Shown: positions 23,910 to 36,605 of the stretch, in pieces
How positions within the stretch are numbered: the first letter of the stretch is position 1
How the letters are laid out: each line of letters starts with the position of its first letter
The notes under the pieces: generated by a model
What the model was told of the DNA's origin: nothing
Database searches by the model: none
The model's input: only the letters and a program-made list of their open reading frames with translations
Translations under genes and position numbers: made by a program
Source of the DNA: Ginglymostoma cirratum
Lineage: Eukaryota
Assembly: GCA_024137785.1 (NCBI GenBank)
Contig: JAHRHZ010000019.1
Coordinates: 49,875,755-49,939,754, forward strand
Reading direction: 5' to 3'
DNA length: 64,000 nucleotides

Positions 23910-25402
23910 TAAGACCATATGACAGAGAAGCAGAATTAGGCCATTTGGCCCATTGAGCATCCTCTACCCTTTGATCATGGCTGATATGTTTCTCAACCCA
24001 ATTCGCCAGCCTCTTTTAGATAACCCTTCATTCCATTACTAATCAAACTAACGCTGTTTTAAATATACTCAATGACTTGGCCTCTACAGCCTTCTGTGGC
24101 AATGAGTTAGACAAATTCACCATCCTCCAGATGAGGAAATTCCTCCTCATCTCAGTTCTAGAGGGCTGTTCCTTCACCCTGAAGCTGTGTCCCTGGGTCC
24201 TAGTCTCTCCTACAAGTGGAAACATTTTCTCCATACATACCGTATCCCGGCCTCTCAGTATTCTGTAAGTTTTAATCAGATGCCCCTCATATGTCTAAAC
24301 TCCATCAAGTACAGACCTAGACTCTTCAACTGTTCCTCATATGACAAGCCCTTTATCCTCAGGATCATTCTTGTAAACCTCCTCTGAGCTCCCTCCAAAG
24401 CCAGCACATCCATCTTTATAGATAAAGGTCCAAAACTGCTCACAACGTTCCAAATGCAGTCTGACCAGAACCTTATACAGCCTCAGCAGTATGTCTCTGC
24501 TTTTGTACTCTAAGCCCTCATGAAATTAATGTTAATTAATTGTCTTCTTAACTGGCAACTGAACCTGCATGCTAACCTTAAGAGAATCCTGAACTAGAAC
24601 TCCCACGGTCCTTTGTGCTTCATATTTCTGAAGCCTTTTTCCGTTTAGAAAATATTCTATGTCTCTATCCATCCTACCAAAGTGCATGACCTCACACTTT
24701 CCACATTGTATTCCATCTGTCACTTCTTTGCCCACTTTCCTAGCCTTTCAAGTCCTTCTGCAGCCTCCCCAGAACACTACCTGTTCTATCTTTGTGTCAT
24801 CTGCAAACTTAGCAACAAGCCCTCAGTTCCTTCATCCAGATCGTTAATGTATAACGTGAATAGTTGTGGTCCCAACACTGAGCCCTTGGAACTCCACTAG
24901 TCATTAGCTGCCATTGTGAAAAAGACACTTTATTCCTTCTCTCTGCTTTATGCCAGTCAGCCAATCCTTTAGTCATGCCAGTTCCGGCCCCTAACACCAT
25001 AGGCGCAAATCTTATTTAGCTGCCTCCTTTGCAGCACCTTGTCAAAGGCCTTCTGTAAATCCAAATGGATTACGTCCACCAGCTCTCCTTTGTCTAACTT
25101 GCTCATTAGCTCTGAATCAGCCCTATTTTACCACGCACTTCTAAGTACTCTGCAATCTCATCCTTAATAGTGGACTCTAAAATCTTCCCAATGACTGAGG
25201 TCAGGCTAACCATCCTGTAGTTTCCTGTCTTCTCCCTCCCTCCCTTCTTAAACAGAGGTGTTACATTAGCCATGAGATAGTAAGAACTGCCGACGCTGAA
25301 AAATTTTTCTGAAAGAAGGGTCCCGACCTGAAACACCAGCTCCTCTGGTGCTGCCTGGCCTGCTGTGTTCTTCCTGCTCCACACTGTGTTACATTAGCCA
25401 TG
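23910..25402 (-). mobile_element. CR1 LINE, 5'-truncated
   Basis: MANVTPLFKKGGREKTGNYRMVSLTSVIGKILES; CEVMHFGR; RTEMRRNF; tail taagaccatatgac. Confidence 0.9.
25275..25390. mobile_element. PLE family A mini-element (short left tail plus right arm) within a 17-bp direct repeat
   Basis: gtgttacattagccatg at 25258-25274 and 25386-25402; degenerate core ctgaaagaagggtcccgacctgaaaca. Confidence 0.8.
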
Positions 25403-26318
25403 CAGTTGACTGAACTTACTGCTGACACATCTGGTGGCTATGACAACCCCAGATGATTTTTTCCCCCTCTTTGGACGTTTACTTTGATGAGGTCATTGTT
25501 TTTGTATATTTTCCCTCCATTATCATATGCAATTAAAATCCAGCTCTGAACTATTCAATATGCTACCACTGCTCAGTAATTCTGTACCTTTCCATTCCTC
25601 TGCTACTGACTATTACAACACCCCTTTGGCCAACATTCTAAAATAAAAGACATTGCCAAAAAAAGTTTCAAAACAACTTTATTCAATAGCGTTTCCAATA
25701 CTACGTGCTAACCAGAAATATTGACCCTTGTGTATTCCAAGTGCCTATTTTACAAATAAACAGATCACGTTATTAAGAAAAAAATTACAGATACCAAGAT
25801 TAAAATGGAATACAAGTAAGACAAAAGAATACTTATAGGAAAGAAGTCCCAATATGTTTCTATTGTATGCTATTGGGATCTGTTGCTAGAGTTCTTTCTT
25901 GCTGAAATGAAGGGGTTAACACTTGAAGCTAGACCCAGCAGCTGTGGTGGCTTCTGCGGATGAATAGTTGGTGCTTTCTTGTACAGATGGGCTCAGCAGG
26001 ACATCAGATTTTGGGAGAGATTGAAAATTCCTGGCTTCTAATTCTGCAGGCCTGGCACTTTAGGCTGCCTCGTTGCTTTACAGCTGTACAATGTTTCAAA
26101 ATGCCTCTTTCTCTCTCTCTCTCGTCTGGGGAGGCATTTCTTCCAGATTCTTCAATGTGGAGTCTCTTTCTCTATCAGAAGTCCTGTTGTCTTTCCATGT
26201 AATTCTTAAGTAGAAAGCTAAAATAGTTGCTGTTACCACAGGATTTAGGCAAAAAAAAATACGGAGCAATGTTCCAATTAAGGCTCTGGTACTTTGAAAA
26301 CAAAACCCATTTTCAACT

Positions 26319-26426
26319 AAGTTAACACAGTGTGGAACTGGAGGAACACAGCAGGCCAGGCAACATCAGAGAAGCAGGAAAGCTGATGTTTTGGGTCGGA
26401 CCCTTCTTCAGAAATCTTACTATCTC
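26319..26426. mobile_element. PLE family A mini-element (one arm plus 11-nt opposite tail)
   Basis: Arm ends cccttcttcagaaa then cttactatctc; flanked by ccattttcaact (26307-26318) and ccatttttcaact (26426-26438). Confidence 0.8.
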
Positions 26427-26816
26427 CATTTTTCAACTGTGGTTCTTAATGTCTTAATTTCTAATATATGTTCTCACAATGGGGTGTACTCGAAACTTCA
26501 ATATTTCCTGGACAAGACTGCAGTGAAACATAACTATATTGAGGTTTGTCATGCGGAGGCTCAGTTTGAAATGGACAGTTGTGTGTTTGGGCCTGGACAC
26601 AGTTTGAAGCAGCAAAGGATCTTTTTTCCAAAAGAAAGAGTAAAAGTGGGAGCCATTGAAATGGTCCTTTTAAAATTTACCAAGCCATAACAACACACTT
26701 GTGACACAGATCAGCAGAGGGAAGTTTCTCTTTGAAACAAACCCAATCCTGAATCCTTGATCACATGCACTGTTCTGGTTAAAGAGATGCCGCTGTCTGT
26801 GACCAGCCTATCACAT

Positions 26817-27340
26817 GGTATGGAGGTGCCAGTGTTGAAGAGGGTGGACCAGGTCAGAAATCACACAACACCGGGTTATAGTCCAACAGTTTTATTTGAA
26901 AACACAAGCTTTCAGAGCCTCTGTCCTTCTTCAGGTGTAGTGAGAGAGGTAGTATCAGACACACATCAGTAAAAGACCAAAGGTTCATACCATTGATGAG
27001 GATGTACTAAACAAACCCAAGATGCTGTTAAATCTTTAATCATTTAGAAGGTTTTAATTGATTAATATGTATATGTAAATCCCCAAATTCCCTTCAAGTC
27101 ACTGTCCTGAGAGAACTAAAGGTTTTATCACTGCAAAGAAGAGGGGACATTTTAGGTCAGACAATGCATGTTAGGTGTGAGACCTTGTTTAGAATCTGTT
27201 TGTGTTTTGCTTTGGAGTCAGATTAGTTTTATTTCTAAAGTAGGAATTTATAAAACACCATATCAAACGACTGTTTATAAATTGTGTGCTTTTTGAATGA
27301 AATAAAATGTATCTGCAAATATAAATTCACAGCATAGATT

Positions 27341-27378
<38 letters not shown>

Positions 27379-27850
27379 AGGACGGAGGAGAGAGAGTGTG
27401 TGCGAGTGAGGACAAGGGAGAGAGAGTATGTGTGAGTGAGAGGGGGAAGAGAGATTGGTACATTACTGACGACCGACATTACTATAAAGCAGTTTCACAG
27501 AAAAGAGGAAAAAGAAACCACTGATGTAAACTGATTGTTTATTCTGGTTAGAAAGCCTGAGGACCGTGGCAACTGAAACTTAGTCCTCCTGAAAGGAATT
27601 CGGGGATTTACATATACATATTAATCAATTAAAACCTTCTAATTGATTAAAGATTTAACAGTATCTTAGGTTTGTTTAATTCATCCTCATCAATGGTGTG
27701 AACCTTTGATCTTTTACTTATAAATTCTGTGAAGGATACTATCTCACCCACTCACACCTGAAGAAGCATTGAGACTCCGAAAGCTTGTATTTTCAAATAA
27801 ACCTGTTGGACTATAACATGGTGTTGTGTGATTTCTGACTTTGTCCATCC
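26817..27850. mobile_element. PLE family B fold-back element, about 1 kb, about 255-bp inverted arms
   Basis: 26840-27097 is the inverted complement of 27593-27850; hammerhead-like cores at 26906-26934 (-) and 27758-27786 (+); TSD-like cctatcacat/cctatcgcat (26807-26816, 27849-27858). Confidence 0.85.
27344..27377. repeat. (GT)17 microsatellite inside the PLE body
   Basis: Directly visible dinucleotide run. Confidence 0.95.
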
Positions 27851-29342
27851 TATCGCATTTTGTGGCTCAGGGCTATCATCTCTATTTCCACATCGGCAGA
27901 ATTGACTGCGATGTCTTGAGGGCATTGTGTAACTGTAGATGACAGAAGGGAATAGGCCTTACCTCTCCACTGTGGAGATGATGAAATGGGAGATATCTTT
28001 GAAACAGAGTTACTGAAGTTGAGATAGTACCAGCAGCAATTACCACAGTCCAAATTCAACCCCTACGAACACTAGCATCACCTAATGTTTGCAAAGCAAC
28101 ACCGGCAGTTTCACAAAAAACGATGTCAAGCAGTGTTTCTGCTGTAGTACCATTGACCCAACAACAGGCAGGATCTGCTACTGACACGTGTTAAAGATTG
28201 GGGAAAGCAAGCACTTTGCTGGTGTTTGTCATTCATCAGAGAATTCAACTACAGCGACCGATCCCATGTGCCACGTACACATACCACAGCGAAAGTGCAA
28301 GGGAATGAGTGACCTCTGTCCTCTCTTTTGGACACAGCAAGCTGTCACAATTTATAAATACCATTATTGACTGTTGGATGCAGATGCTCTTATTGTTACA
28401 GGAGTACCCATCAAAGTTATGGGAGGCAAAACGTTCATCAACTTTCATGACTGCCTTGTTCTCTGCAAACCAGGGAAACCAAAAAATGTTCTTTTACAAC
28501 AGTAACAAACTGCTGAAGGTTTGTGGAATGTTTGCAGTTCCAATCTAATTCAAAAACACCAGAATGATTGTTATATTTTAAGTCAAAACCGGATAATGTA
28601 ACACATTTACCTGGACGCAACAAAAACTTATTCAGTCAAGTTTCAATCATTGTCTAACATAAACCGTCAATAAAGTAGAAGAATCAATGCTTATCCCTAT
28701 ACATATCGCAAATTAAACACGTGAAAGAGAACACTCTCAAATTTCAGGAAAACAGAAAAAAATAGATTTCTCGGCAGAGATTGACTTTAGGAGGCAAAAA
28801 ACACCTTGCTCAATGGGTTATTCTTGGAGGCAAAAGAATTAAAATTTAGGATGCTGTGAAATTGTTGCTAAGGTAACAGCTTTGTGCATGCTTCCAATTA
28901 AATTCCTCAATAACTTTCCTGAGGGTTGAGTGAAATTTGAGTGAGCCAGCACAGGATCATTGATCAAAATGGTATTCAACTTCTCAAAAAAATTTTGCAC
29001 TTCCTGACCCCACCGTCTTGGCTTTTTTACACAAGCCCATTATTGGAGAAGTTATAGTACTAATATTTTGTGCGAACTTGCAATAAAAGTCAGGCATCCC
29101 ACCCCTCCCCAAAAATCTCATTATTTCTCATTTAGTTTAAGAGCATGGAACTCCACTAATGCCCGTACTTTTGCTGGTCTTAGCAGCCCTTCTCCTTGTC
29201 CTAGGATGTGCCCTAAGTCAATTACTTGCAAATTCGCTTTCGGGAAAGTTAATCATCAAGTTAACCAATTATAGTTTCCCAAACAAGGCTTTCGGTCGTT
29301 GTAAGTGATCCTCCCAGGTGTCACTGCATACCACTACATCAT

Positions 29343-29831
29343 TGAATTAAGTTGAATCATTTATTGTCATGTGTATTCAGTATAAAATGCAGTGAAAAGT
29401 GTGTACTGTCGCCATGCATAGGCACCATTCTCATTGACTTAAGACAAAAAATAAAGAAAGATAACTTAAAGAGAGTCTAACTTTTCCTTCTCTGCTGCTA
29501 CAGTCCTGCTCCGGGCTTCACCAGCCCACACCATGCCGCTGCCAGAGTCCTGCTCCGGGCTTCACCAGCCCACATCATGCCGCTCCCAGAGTCCAGCTCC
29601 GGGCTTCACAGGCCGGCCGGCTGACTCTGTAGCCATGCTGCCTCTGAAGATTTCGCCACCGCTCCAGAGTCCATCGAAGTCACCTTCCTACTGAAAACCT
29701 CTCTTTGTCGAGTAAATAAACAAAACTGAGAAAAGAAGAAGGGGAAGAAAGGAAAAAGAAAAGAAGTGGACAAAGAGGACGAGCCTGGGCACAGGAGCCT
29801 GGAAGCTGCCTACTCTGCTGCCACTATCTTG
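29343..29831 (-). mobile_element. Non-autonomous retroposon with Rex1/Babar-like termini
   Basis: Reverse complement begins caagatagtggcagcagagtaggcag..gctcctgtgcccaggctcgtcc and ends cacttttcactgca..aatacacatgacaataaa + ttcaa-type tail. Confidence 0.7.
29502..29609. repeat. 44-bp tandem repeat, about 2.5 units
   Basis: agtcctgctccgggcttcaccagcccacaccatgccgctgccag starts at 29502, 29546 and 29590. Confidence 0.9.
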
Positions 29832-30326
29832 ACAAAAAAATTTGACATCATCGAGGTAAATTGCTCAATTAGGGACACAGGCTATCACTTGATTGTTTAG
29901 TCTCTGGCAAGTTGCTGCAGTATTTTTGTTTCGCCCATTCAGCATTGGTAAAGACCATTGGTTGTGACAAGGCTGATATCCCTTTACCTCTGGATGTTCA
30001 AAGAACATTCCAGTCCCCTTTTAACAAATCCGTTTTGGTAAGAAAACCGGCGTTGCCAACCCTATCAATACAGTCTTCTAACTGATGAATAGGCAGGTGT
30101 CTGCATTTCTTACTGCATTGACCTTTCTGTAGTCTATCTGGTTGAACCATGAGGTTTAGGCACAAGCACAACTTGGGAATTCCAGTGGCTTTAACTGGGT
30201 TCAGTTATGTGGCTTTCCAATCTGTGTTGGATTTCTGCTTTCACGAAGGCTTGTTTCTCTAGAACAAGAATGCTGGTTTATAGGAGAGGGTTCTCCTACA
30301 TCCATGTCATATATCGTTAAAGTTGT

Positions 30327-30556
30327 AAAAGCAAGATACCGCAGGTAATGGAAATCTGGAATAAAAACAGAAAGTGCTGGAGAATATCTGAGATTTAGCA
30401 GCATCTGTGGAGAGAGAAACAGAAATAACATTTCAAGTCTGACGTGATTCTATTTCAGAACTTGAAAAAGTCATATCAGACTTGGAGCATTAACCCCGTT
30501 TCCATCTCCACAGGTGCTGTTAGCTCTGCTGAGTCTATTCAGGATTTTGCTTTTGC
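30327..30556. mobile_element. Old PLE fold-back element, family C, ribozyme core decayed
   Basis: Diverged inverted arms (gcagcatctgtggagagagaaac / gtttccatctccacaggtgctg) centred near 30461; possible TSD aaagtt(g/a)ta. Confidence 0.65.
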
Positions 30557-30596
30557 CAAAGTTATACAACCTGGTTGGTCCCGACAGATTCCTTTA

Positions 30597-30811
30597 AATT
30601 TAGAATTTGAATTAGATTTTATTGTGTACAGAAGTACATGAGTACAGTGAAAAGTGTACAATGTTGCTATTCCCATCTTTGGTCCAAAAGTATCTAAGAA
30701 CAAAATCTTAGGTACAAAGCTGAACAACAAAGAAACAACATTAAAAGTTAAACAATGCAGTTTTTCTTAGTATTAAGCAGAAAAAATAAAGAAATAAAGT
30801 TAAAAGTTAAA
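30597..30811 (-). mobile_element. 3' part of the Rex1/Babar-like non-autonomous family
   Basis: Reverse complement tgtacacttttcactgtactcatgtac..acaataaaatctaattcaaattctaa matches the end of 11374-12042. Confidence 0.7.
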
Positions 30812-30923
30812 CTGAGATAACAAGCATGGGGCTGGATGAACACAGCAGGTCAAGCAGCATCATAGGAGCAGGAAAACTTGACGTTTCGGGCCTAAACCCT
30901 TCATCAGAAACCCTTTCTGATGA
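30812..30923. mobile_element. PLE family A fold-back element cut by the assembly gap; intact hammerhead core at 30880-30907 (-)
   Basis: Left arm, then tcatcagaaa-ccc-tttctgatga (hairpin apex) immediately before the Ns. Confidence 0.85.
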
Positions 30924-31323
30924 NNNNNNNNNNNNNNNNNNNNNNNNNNNNNNNNNNNNNNNNNNNNNNNNNNNNNNNNNNNNNNNNNNNNNNNNNNNNN
31001 NNNNNNNNNNNNNNNNNNNNNNNNNNNNNNNNNNNNNNNNNNNNNNNNNNNNNNNNNNNNNNNNNNNNNNNNNNNNNNNNNNNNNNNNNNNNNNNNNNNN
31101 NNNNNNNNNNNNNNNNNNNNNNNNNNNNNNNNNNNNNNNNNNNNNNNNNNNNNNNNNNNNNNNNNNNNNNNNNNNNNNNNNNNNNNNNNNNNNNNNNNNN
31201 NNNNNNNNNNNNNNNNNNNNNNNNNNNNNNNNNNNNNNNNNNNNNNNNNNNNNNNNNNNNNNNNNNNNNNNNNNNNNNNNNNNNNNNNNNNNNNNNNNNN
31301 NNNNNNNNNNNNNNNNNNNNNNN
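30924..31323. other. Assembly gap (400 N)
   Basis: Run of N. Confidence 0.99.
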
Positions 31324-31408
31324 CAAATAAACCTGCTGGACTGTAATCTGGTGTTGTGTGACTACTGACCTTGTCCATCCCAGTCTAACACCAGCACCTC
31401 CATATCAT
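31324..31408 (+). mobile_element. PLE family B 3' end and tail
   Basis: caaataaacctgctggactgtaatctggtgttgtgtga..ccagtctaacaccagcacctcca. Confidence 0.8.
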
Positions 31409-31799
31409 GAGGTTTAGGATGAGAGTGGAAAATGACATCAGTCAATCCAGAGAAAGAATAATCCATTGACAGAATGCTGGCTTCAATGTAGCAAAAACAA
31501 AACTGGTCAGACAGACTGGAAATGAAGGTTTGAATATGAATACATTGTCTGAAACCTATTTGCATTGAACTTCATTGAACTATGCAGTCACTCCATTGGC
31601 TTGGCAACATAATTTTGAAGTTCTACACCATCCTGCTCGTAGATTATAACTCTCCCGAGTTTCATGTCATCTATGCACTCTGAAACTAGTCTGCCCCCAC
31701 ACACCAGGCCTTAGATCATTTATATATATCAGACTAATCAAGGATCCTAATATCAACCCCTGGGAAACTGCACTGTAAACCCTTCTCCAAACAGTAAAG

Positions 31800-32145
31800 T
31801 AGTTCCAGGGATAAGAAACATCAATTATGAGGAGAGATTGGAAAGGCTATCACAGTTTTCCTTGGGCAGGAGAAGGCTGAGGGGAGGTTTGAGAGAAGCT
31901 TTTATAATTTCAAAGAGTCTGTACAGTGGAGATAGGGAGAAAATATCTCTACTCACAGAAGTATTGAGAACCTGAGGTGACGTTTTAAATATTTAACAAA
32001 TGTGAGACGGGAAAAGTTTTTTTTTTCACACAGCAAGCTGTTTGGATTTAGAATGCACTGCCTGGGTGTATGGTGATGGCTGGTTCAAGTGAGGCATTAA
32101 AGTGGGCAATGGATGATTATTTAAACAGAAACAATGAGGAGAATC
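31800..32145 (+). mobile_element. Old CR1 3' fragment
   Basis: aattatgaggagagattgga, ttttcacacagcaagctgtttggatttagaatgcactgcctg (cf. FTQRVV..WNALP). Confidence 0.6.
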
Positions 32146-32154
32146 TAATAGGGG

Positions 32155-32905
32155 TCTAGATGTGGCATGACCAGAGCCTTATACAGCCTCAGAAGTGTAT
32201 TTCTGCTCTTGTATTCTAGCTCTCTTGAAATGAATGCTAACATTGCATTTGTCTTCCTAACTGCCAATTGTACCTGCATGTTAACCTTAAGCGATTCCTG
32301 AACCAGGATTCCCAAAATCCTTTCGTGCTTCAGATTTCTAAAGTGTTTGCCCATTTAGAAAATAGCCTACATCTCTATTCTTCCTAACAAAGTGCATAAC
32401 CTCACACATTCCCACATTGTATTCCACCTGCCACTTCTTTGTACGCTCTCCTAGCCTGTCCAAGTCCTTCTGCAACCTCCCCACTTCCTCAACACTACCT
32501 GTCCCTTCACCTATCTTTGTGTTATCTGCAAGCTTAGCAACAAAGTCCTTAGTTTCTTCATCCGCATTGTTAATGTAGAATGTGAGTGGTTGTGGTCCCA
32601 ACACTGATCCCTGCTGAATTCCACTAATCACCAGCTGCCATCCTGAAAAAGACCTTTTCGTCCCTACTCTTTGCTTTCTGCCAGCCAGCCAATCCACTAT
32701 TCATTCCAGTTCCTTGCCCCTAACACCATGGTTCCTTATCATATTTAGCAGCCTCCTGTGCGGCACCTTGTCAAAGGCCTTCTGGAAATCCAAATAGATC
32801 ACATCCACTGACTCTCCTTTGTCGAACGGACTCTTTACCTCCTCAAGGAATTCTAACAGATTCGTGAGGCATAGCATCCCCCTGTTGAAATGGTGCTGAC
32901 TCAGC
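32155..32905 (-). mobile_element. CR1 LINE RT fragment
   Basis: VDVIYLDFQKAFDKVPHRRLL; QGSVLGP; LADNTKIG; LQKDLDRL. Confidence 0.9.
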
Positions 32906-32917
32906 ACTAATCCAAAT

Positions 32918-33240
32918 GCGGGGAAAGGGATATCCACTGTGAACGTGGCTCTTGGCACAATTGCACAGCCCCCTGACTGATGTGATGCCACCCATACCTC
33001 AAACAGAGCCACTGTGGAGACGTAATAGGGTTGTTGGAGATGTGGTTCCATTGTTTGGGGTCTCTCAAGTATAGATTCGATACAGTGCACTACATTAACC
33101 TGGTGTGCTGCACTCTGCACTATTGGAATATGCAACATGGCAATGTCCCAGATGCAGAGGAACTGGGCAAATGGAACAGTCTTCCAAAGACGACGATGAG
33201 GATACTGGGGAGGAGGGAGCCCTCCTATTGCAGGCCTGAT
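32918..33240 (+). pseudogene. Harbinger transposase C-terminal fragment
   Basis: KGYPL*TWLL; HTSNRATVE; GLLEMWFHCL; LVCCTLHYWNMQHG (HARBI1 C-terminal motifs), paralogous to 3310-3570. Confidence 0.75.
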
Positions 33241-33464
33241 CTTGGAACAAAGCTCAGCTAGACAGAATCTCACTAACACCCATTTCCAATTTATGAGAGC
33301 CAGCCTGTTAAACTAACAATAACACCGATGTGAATTCAATTGAGAACAAAATGAGCAAATTAATTTAAATGCAGGGTGAAATTTAGAGGTCCACCATCAA
33401 AGCTAGGAGTTAAAGCATTTGTGAGACATGGTAGTCACGCTGGAAATAACCACTAATGACCATC

Positions 33465-34482
33465 ACAAGACCAAGAGACATGGGAAAAGATGGGGTGGCA
33501 CGGTGACTCAGTGGTTAGCACTGCTGCCTCACAGCACCAGGGACCTGGGTTTGATTCCACCCTTGGGCAACTGTATGTGTGGAGTTTGCACATTGTCCTT
33601 GTGTCTATGTGGGATTCCTCTGGGTATTCTAGTTTCATCCTACAATCCAAAGATGTGCAGGTTAGATGGATCGGCCGTGCTAAGTTGCCCAAGGTGTGTA
33701 GATGGATTAGCCATGGGAAATGCAGGGTTACAGCGATAGGGTGGGATGCTCTTTGGAGGGTCAGTGTGGACTACATGGACCAAATGGCGTGCTTCCACAC
33801 TGTAAGGATTCTAAGAATTAGGCCATTCAGCCCATCGGGTCTTCTCTGCTATTTGACCATGGCTGATATGATTCTCAACACTATTCTCCTGCCTTCTGTT
33901 TGTAACTCGAGCTCCATACCAATCTGTAACCTATCTATCTCTTAAATACACTCAATGACTAGGCCTCCACAGCCTTCTGTGGCGATAATTTCCACAGTTC
34001 CACCACTGTCTGGCCGAATGATTGTCACTTCATTCTGTCGGTGTGGTCTTGGATCCTAGTCTCTCCTACTAGTGGAAACATCTTCTCCACATCAGTCTGC
34101 TCAATAATCTGCAAGTTTCAATAAGATCCCTCCTCATTCTTCTAAACTCCATCGAGTACAGACCCAGAGTCCTCAACCGCTCATCATGTGATAAAGCCTT
34201 CATCACCAGGATCATTCTTATAAACCTCCTCTGGCTCCCTTCCAACGCCAATGCATCCTTCCTTAGATATGGGGCCCAAAACTGTTCAGAATATTCAAAA
34301 CGCAGTCTGATCAGAACCTTGTACAACCTCAGCAGTACATTTCTGTTCGTGCAGAACCATTGCATTTACCTTCCTAAAATGAACCTGCATGTTAACCTTA
34401 AGAGAATCCTGAACTTGGACTCCCAAGTCCCTTTGTGCTTTAGATTTCTGAAGCCTTTCCCCATTTAGAAAATAGTCTACAT
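33465..34482 (-). mobile_element. CR1 LINE 3' fragment with a SINE inserted in its tail
   Basis: LLRLYKVLIRLRFEYSEQFWAPYLRKD..RRMRRDLIE; tail split around 33493-33813. Confidence 0.88.
33493..33813 (+). mobile_element. HE1-type V-SINE
   Basis: gggtggcacggtgactcagtggttagcactgctgcctcacagcaccaggg...cttccacactgtaaggattcta. Confidence 0.9.
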
Positions 34483-36139
34483 TTATATGATCACCATCAA
34501 ACACAGTTCACAAATTACCAGACATAAATGTGACTACGACTACCCTTGAACGAAATTGTCTACCTTTTTCAAATGATTATTGTCTGAGGCACTATTTTTA
34601 GTTGGTGAATAAATCTTTCATCTCACTATACTGCATTGTTTAATGACACAGAAGGCACAATGTGTAACATTGTTTCTGTGAAGTTGAACACTAGAGTTAA
34701 ATTTATTATTTATGCTTCTGAAAATAAACTATTAAAATATGCTGCGCCTCTCACTTTTGAATAAAGAAAGGGATGTAGTGTTTTGATAATTGCATTGTGC
34801 ACGTTGTCGACTTAAGGCTCCCATACGAATGTACCAGAGAAGGGAGTCTGGAAAGAGAGTAAAGAAATCCAGTATTTTAGCAATATCGACAATTCTGCTT
34901 CTGACTATGTTTCATTCTTCCACCCATAAACTTTGTAATAATACAGAAGTTTGGAATAATAACTGGACTGTGTTAACCACAACTGGGGTTTGCTGGGACT
35001 GTGAAAATGTTCATGTTTAATGATAAACTTCCAGGGCAATAATGTTTAAGCACACAGCTGAGGTGGGGGCGGTGAAGTAGGGATGATGTTGACACAAAGG
35101 GAATGGAGTTCTGCTCACATTTTCCATAATGCAATGTGATAACTGATTGAAAAAAAATAGGTTTTATGATTCAGATTTTAACAAATTTCATGTTGTGGTA
35201 GGTGCTTGACTTTACCCCAGTATTGTACTTGGGCTTTTACAAGTTTTAATGCACACGTGATTGTTTCTTTTCTGCATGAAAGCAATTCACCTAAAATTCA
35301 AAACAACATAGCTTTTTTTGTATAAGATAGAGAAATACGTTGAAGAATATAATTAATGGATTACAGTTGGAATGTTCATATATTCAGTTATTTTGATGCC
35401 AGTCTCTCCAGATTCTTCACTGTTGGTTTAAGTGTTCTCACAAGTATCCAAGCAGCACATTTAAAGTTTGCTTAATGCTGGTTTCTCTTTGTTGTCATAT
35501 CTATCTCAGCAGTTCTTTTATAGTCGGTTAACATGGAGATATTTGCCATCAAAGAAAACGTTGGCATCAGAAACATGCTTCTGTTTAAAAGTGATAAGCA
35601 ATGCCTCCATGAAAAAGGTTCAATCCTTGCTTTGTGCCATACTGGCTGATCTCAGAACATTAGGCTGACTTGGAATAGAAATGTATTTGTGGAGAAGAAA
35701 GATAAGCTACTGGTTCTTAGTATGTAATGACATCTGGTGGAAAGAGTTTGCCATTGACTGGCCAATAAGTTGGCTTGATGCCCACATCTCATGAATGGTT
35801 GACAACAAAGATGTTGGAGCAAAAAAGTAAAACCGAAATGTGATAAGAACCATGTGTGTTTACCATGTGGTTGGTGAACTGTAGCTTAATATAGCTCACT
35901 GTGCCTCCTTTTAATTTGAATTATTCCAGCCAAAGCAGACTAATTTTTGTTTAAACAGGTGAAAAGACAAAAGAATATTAACAAGAAGAAAGTGTCAATA
36001 AATCTCCACTGTTTATTGTTGGGGCCCATTGCTCAAGTCTTGCTGCTGGCTCAAAGACAAGTCAGAGCAAGCATTTGTGATGGCTCCTGCATTTGAATAG
36101 TTGGCGATGTATTGTCTATGCTGACCAGCAGGGCAGCGG

Positions 36140-36605
36140 ATCTGGAAGAGAGAGGAATTTTCTATTTCTATGGTTTGTGGAAATCTGTAAGATGTGGTCT
36201 CTCTAGTAATCTGTGCAACTGAAGCAGAACTTCCATACTTATTTCTTCTATTCCCCTCTCAATAAATGATCACATTTTATCAGCCTTCTTACTTGCTGTA
36301 CCTACTTATGAACCTTTTGAGATTCATGCGCCAGAACATGCAGATTCCTCTGCACCTGAGCTCTGCAATTTTCACCCTTTAGATAATATCTTATTGTTAT
36401 TTTTAACATCAAAGTAGTAACGTTTACATTTTCACACATTATACTCCATTTGCCACATCTTTGTGCACTCAATTAACCTCTTTACATCCCTTTATAGCCT
36501 CCTTTTTTCCAATCAATCTTTATGTCATCAGCAAATTTCTCAATCAAACCTCTATCTCTTCATAAATTATAAAAAGTGGAAGATCCAGCACTGAGCCTTG
36601 TGCCT
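36140..36605 (-). mobile_element. Very old CR1 RT fragment
   Basis: cacattatactccatttgccac (reverse complement WQMEYNV); tgtcatcagcaaa (reverse complement FADD). Confidence 0.55.

Larger units (their letters stand above)
26787..28450 (+). mobile_element. Ancient Ty3/Gypsy gag-protease relic, interrupted by a PLE at 26817-27850
   Basis: MPLSVTSLSH|FVAQG; RQN*LRCLE; DDRRE*ALPLHCGDDEMGDIFET; zinc knuckle KQCFCC...SKHFAGVCHS; ALIVTGVPIKVMG (degenerate DTG protease motif). Confidence 0.55.

Noticed and set aside
29502-29609. CRISPR-like array
   Set aside because: Contiguous tandem units without unique spacers, in eukaryotic DNA with no cas genes
30826-31378. Four long ORFs of 136-180 aa
   Set aside because: Artefacts of translating through the 400-N gap
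32701-33279. 192-aa minus ORF, initially read as a Penelope RT (VPFAQFL)
   Set aside because: Its first part is antisense to a Harbinger transposase fragment that translates convincingly on +; the rest is CR1 RT
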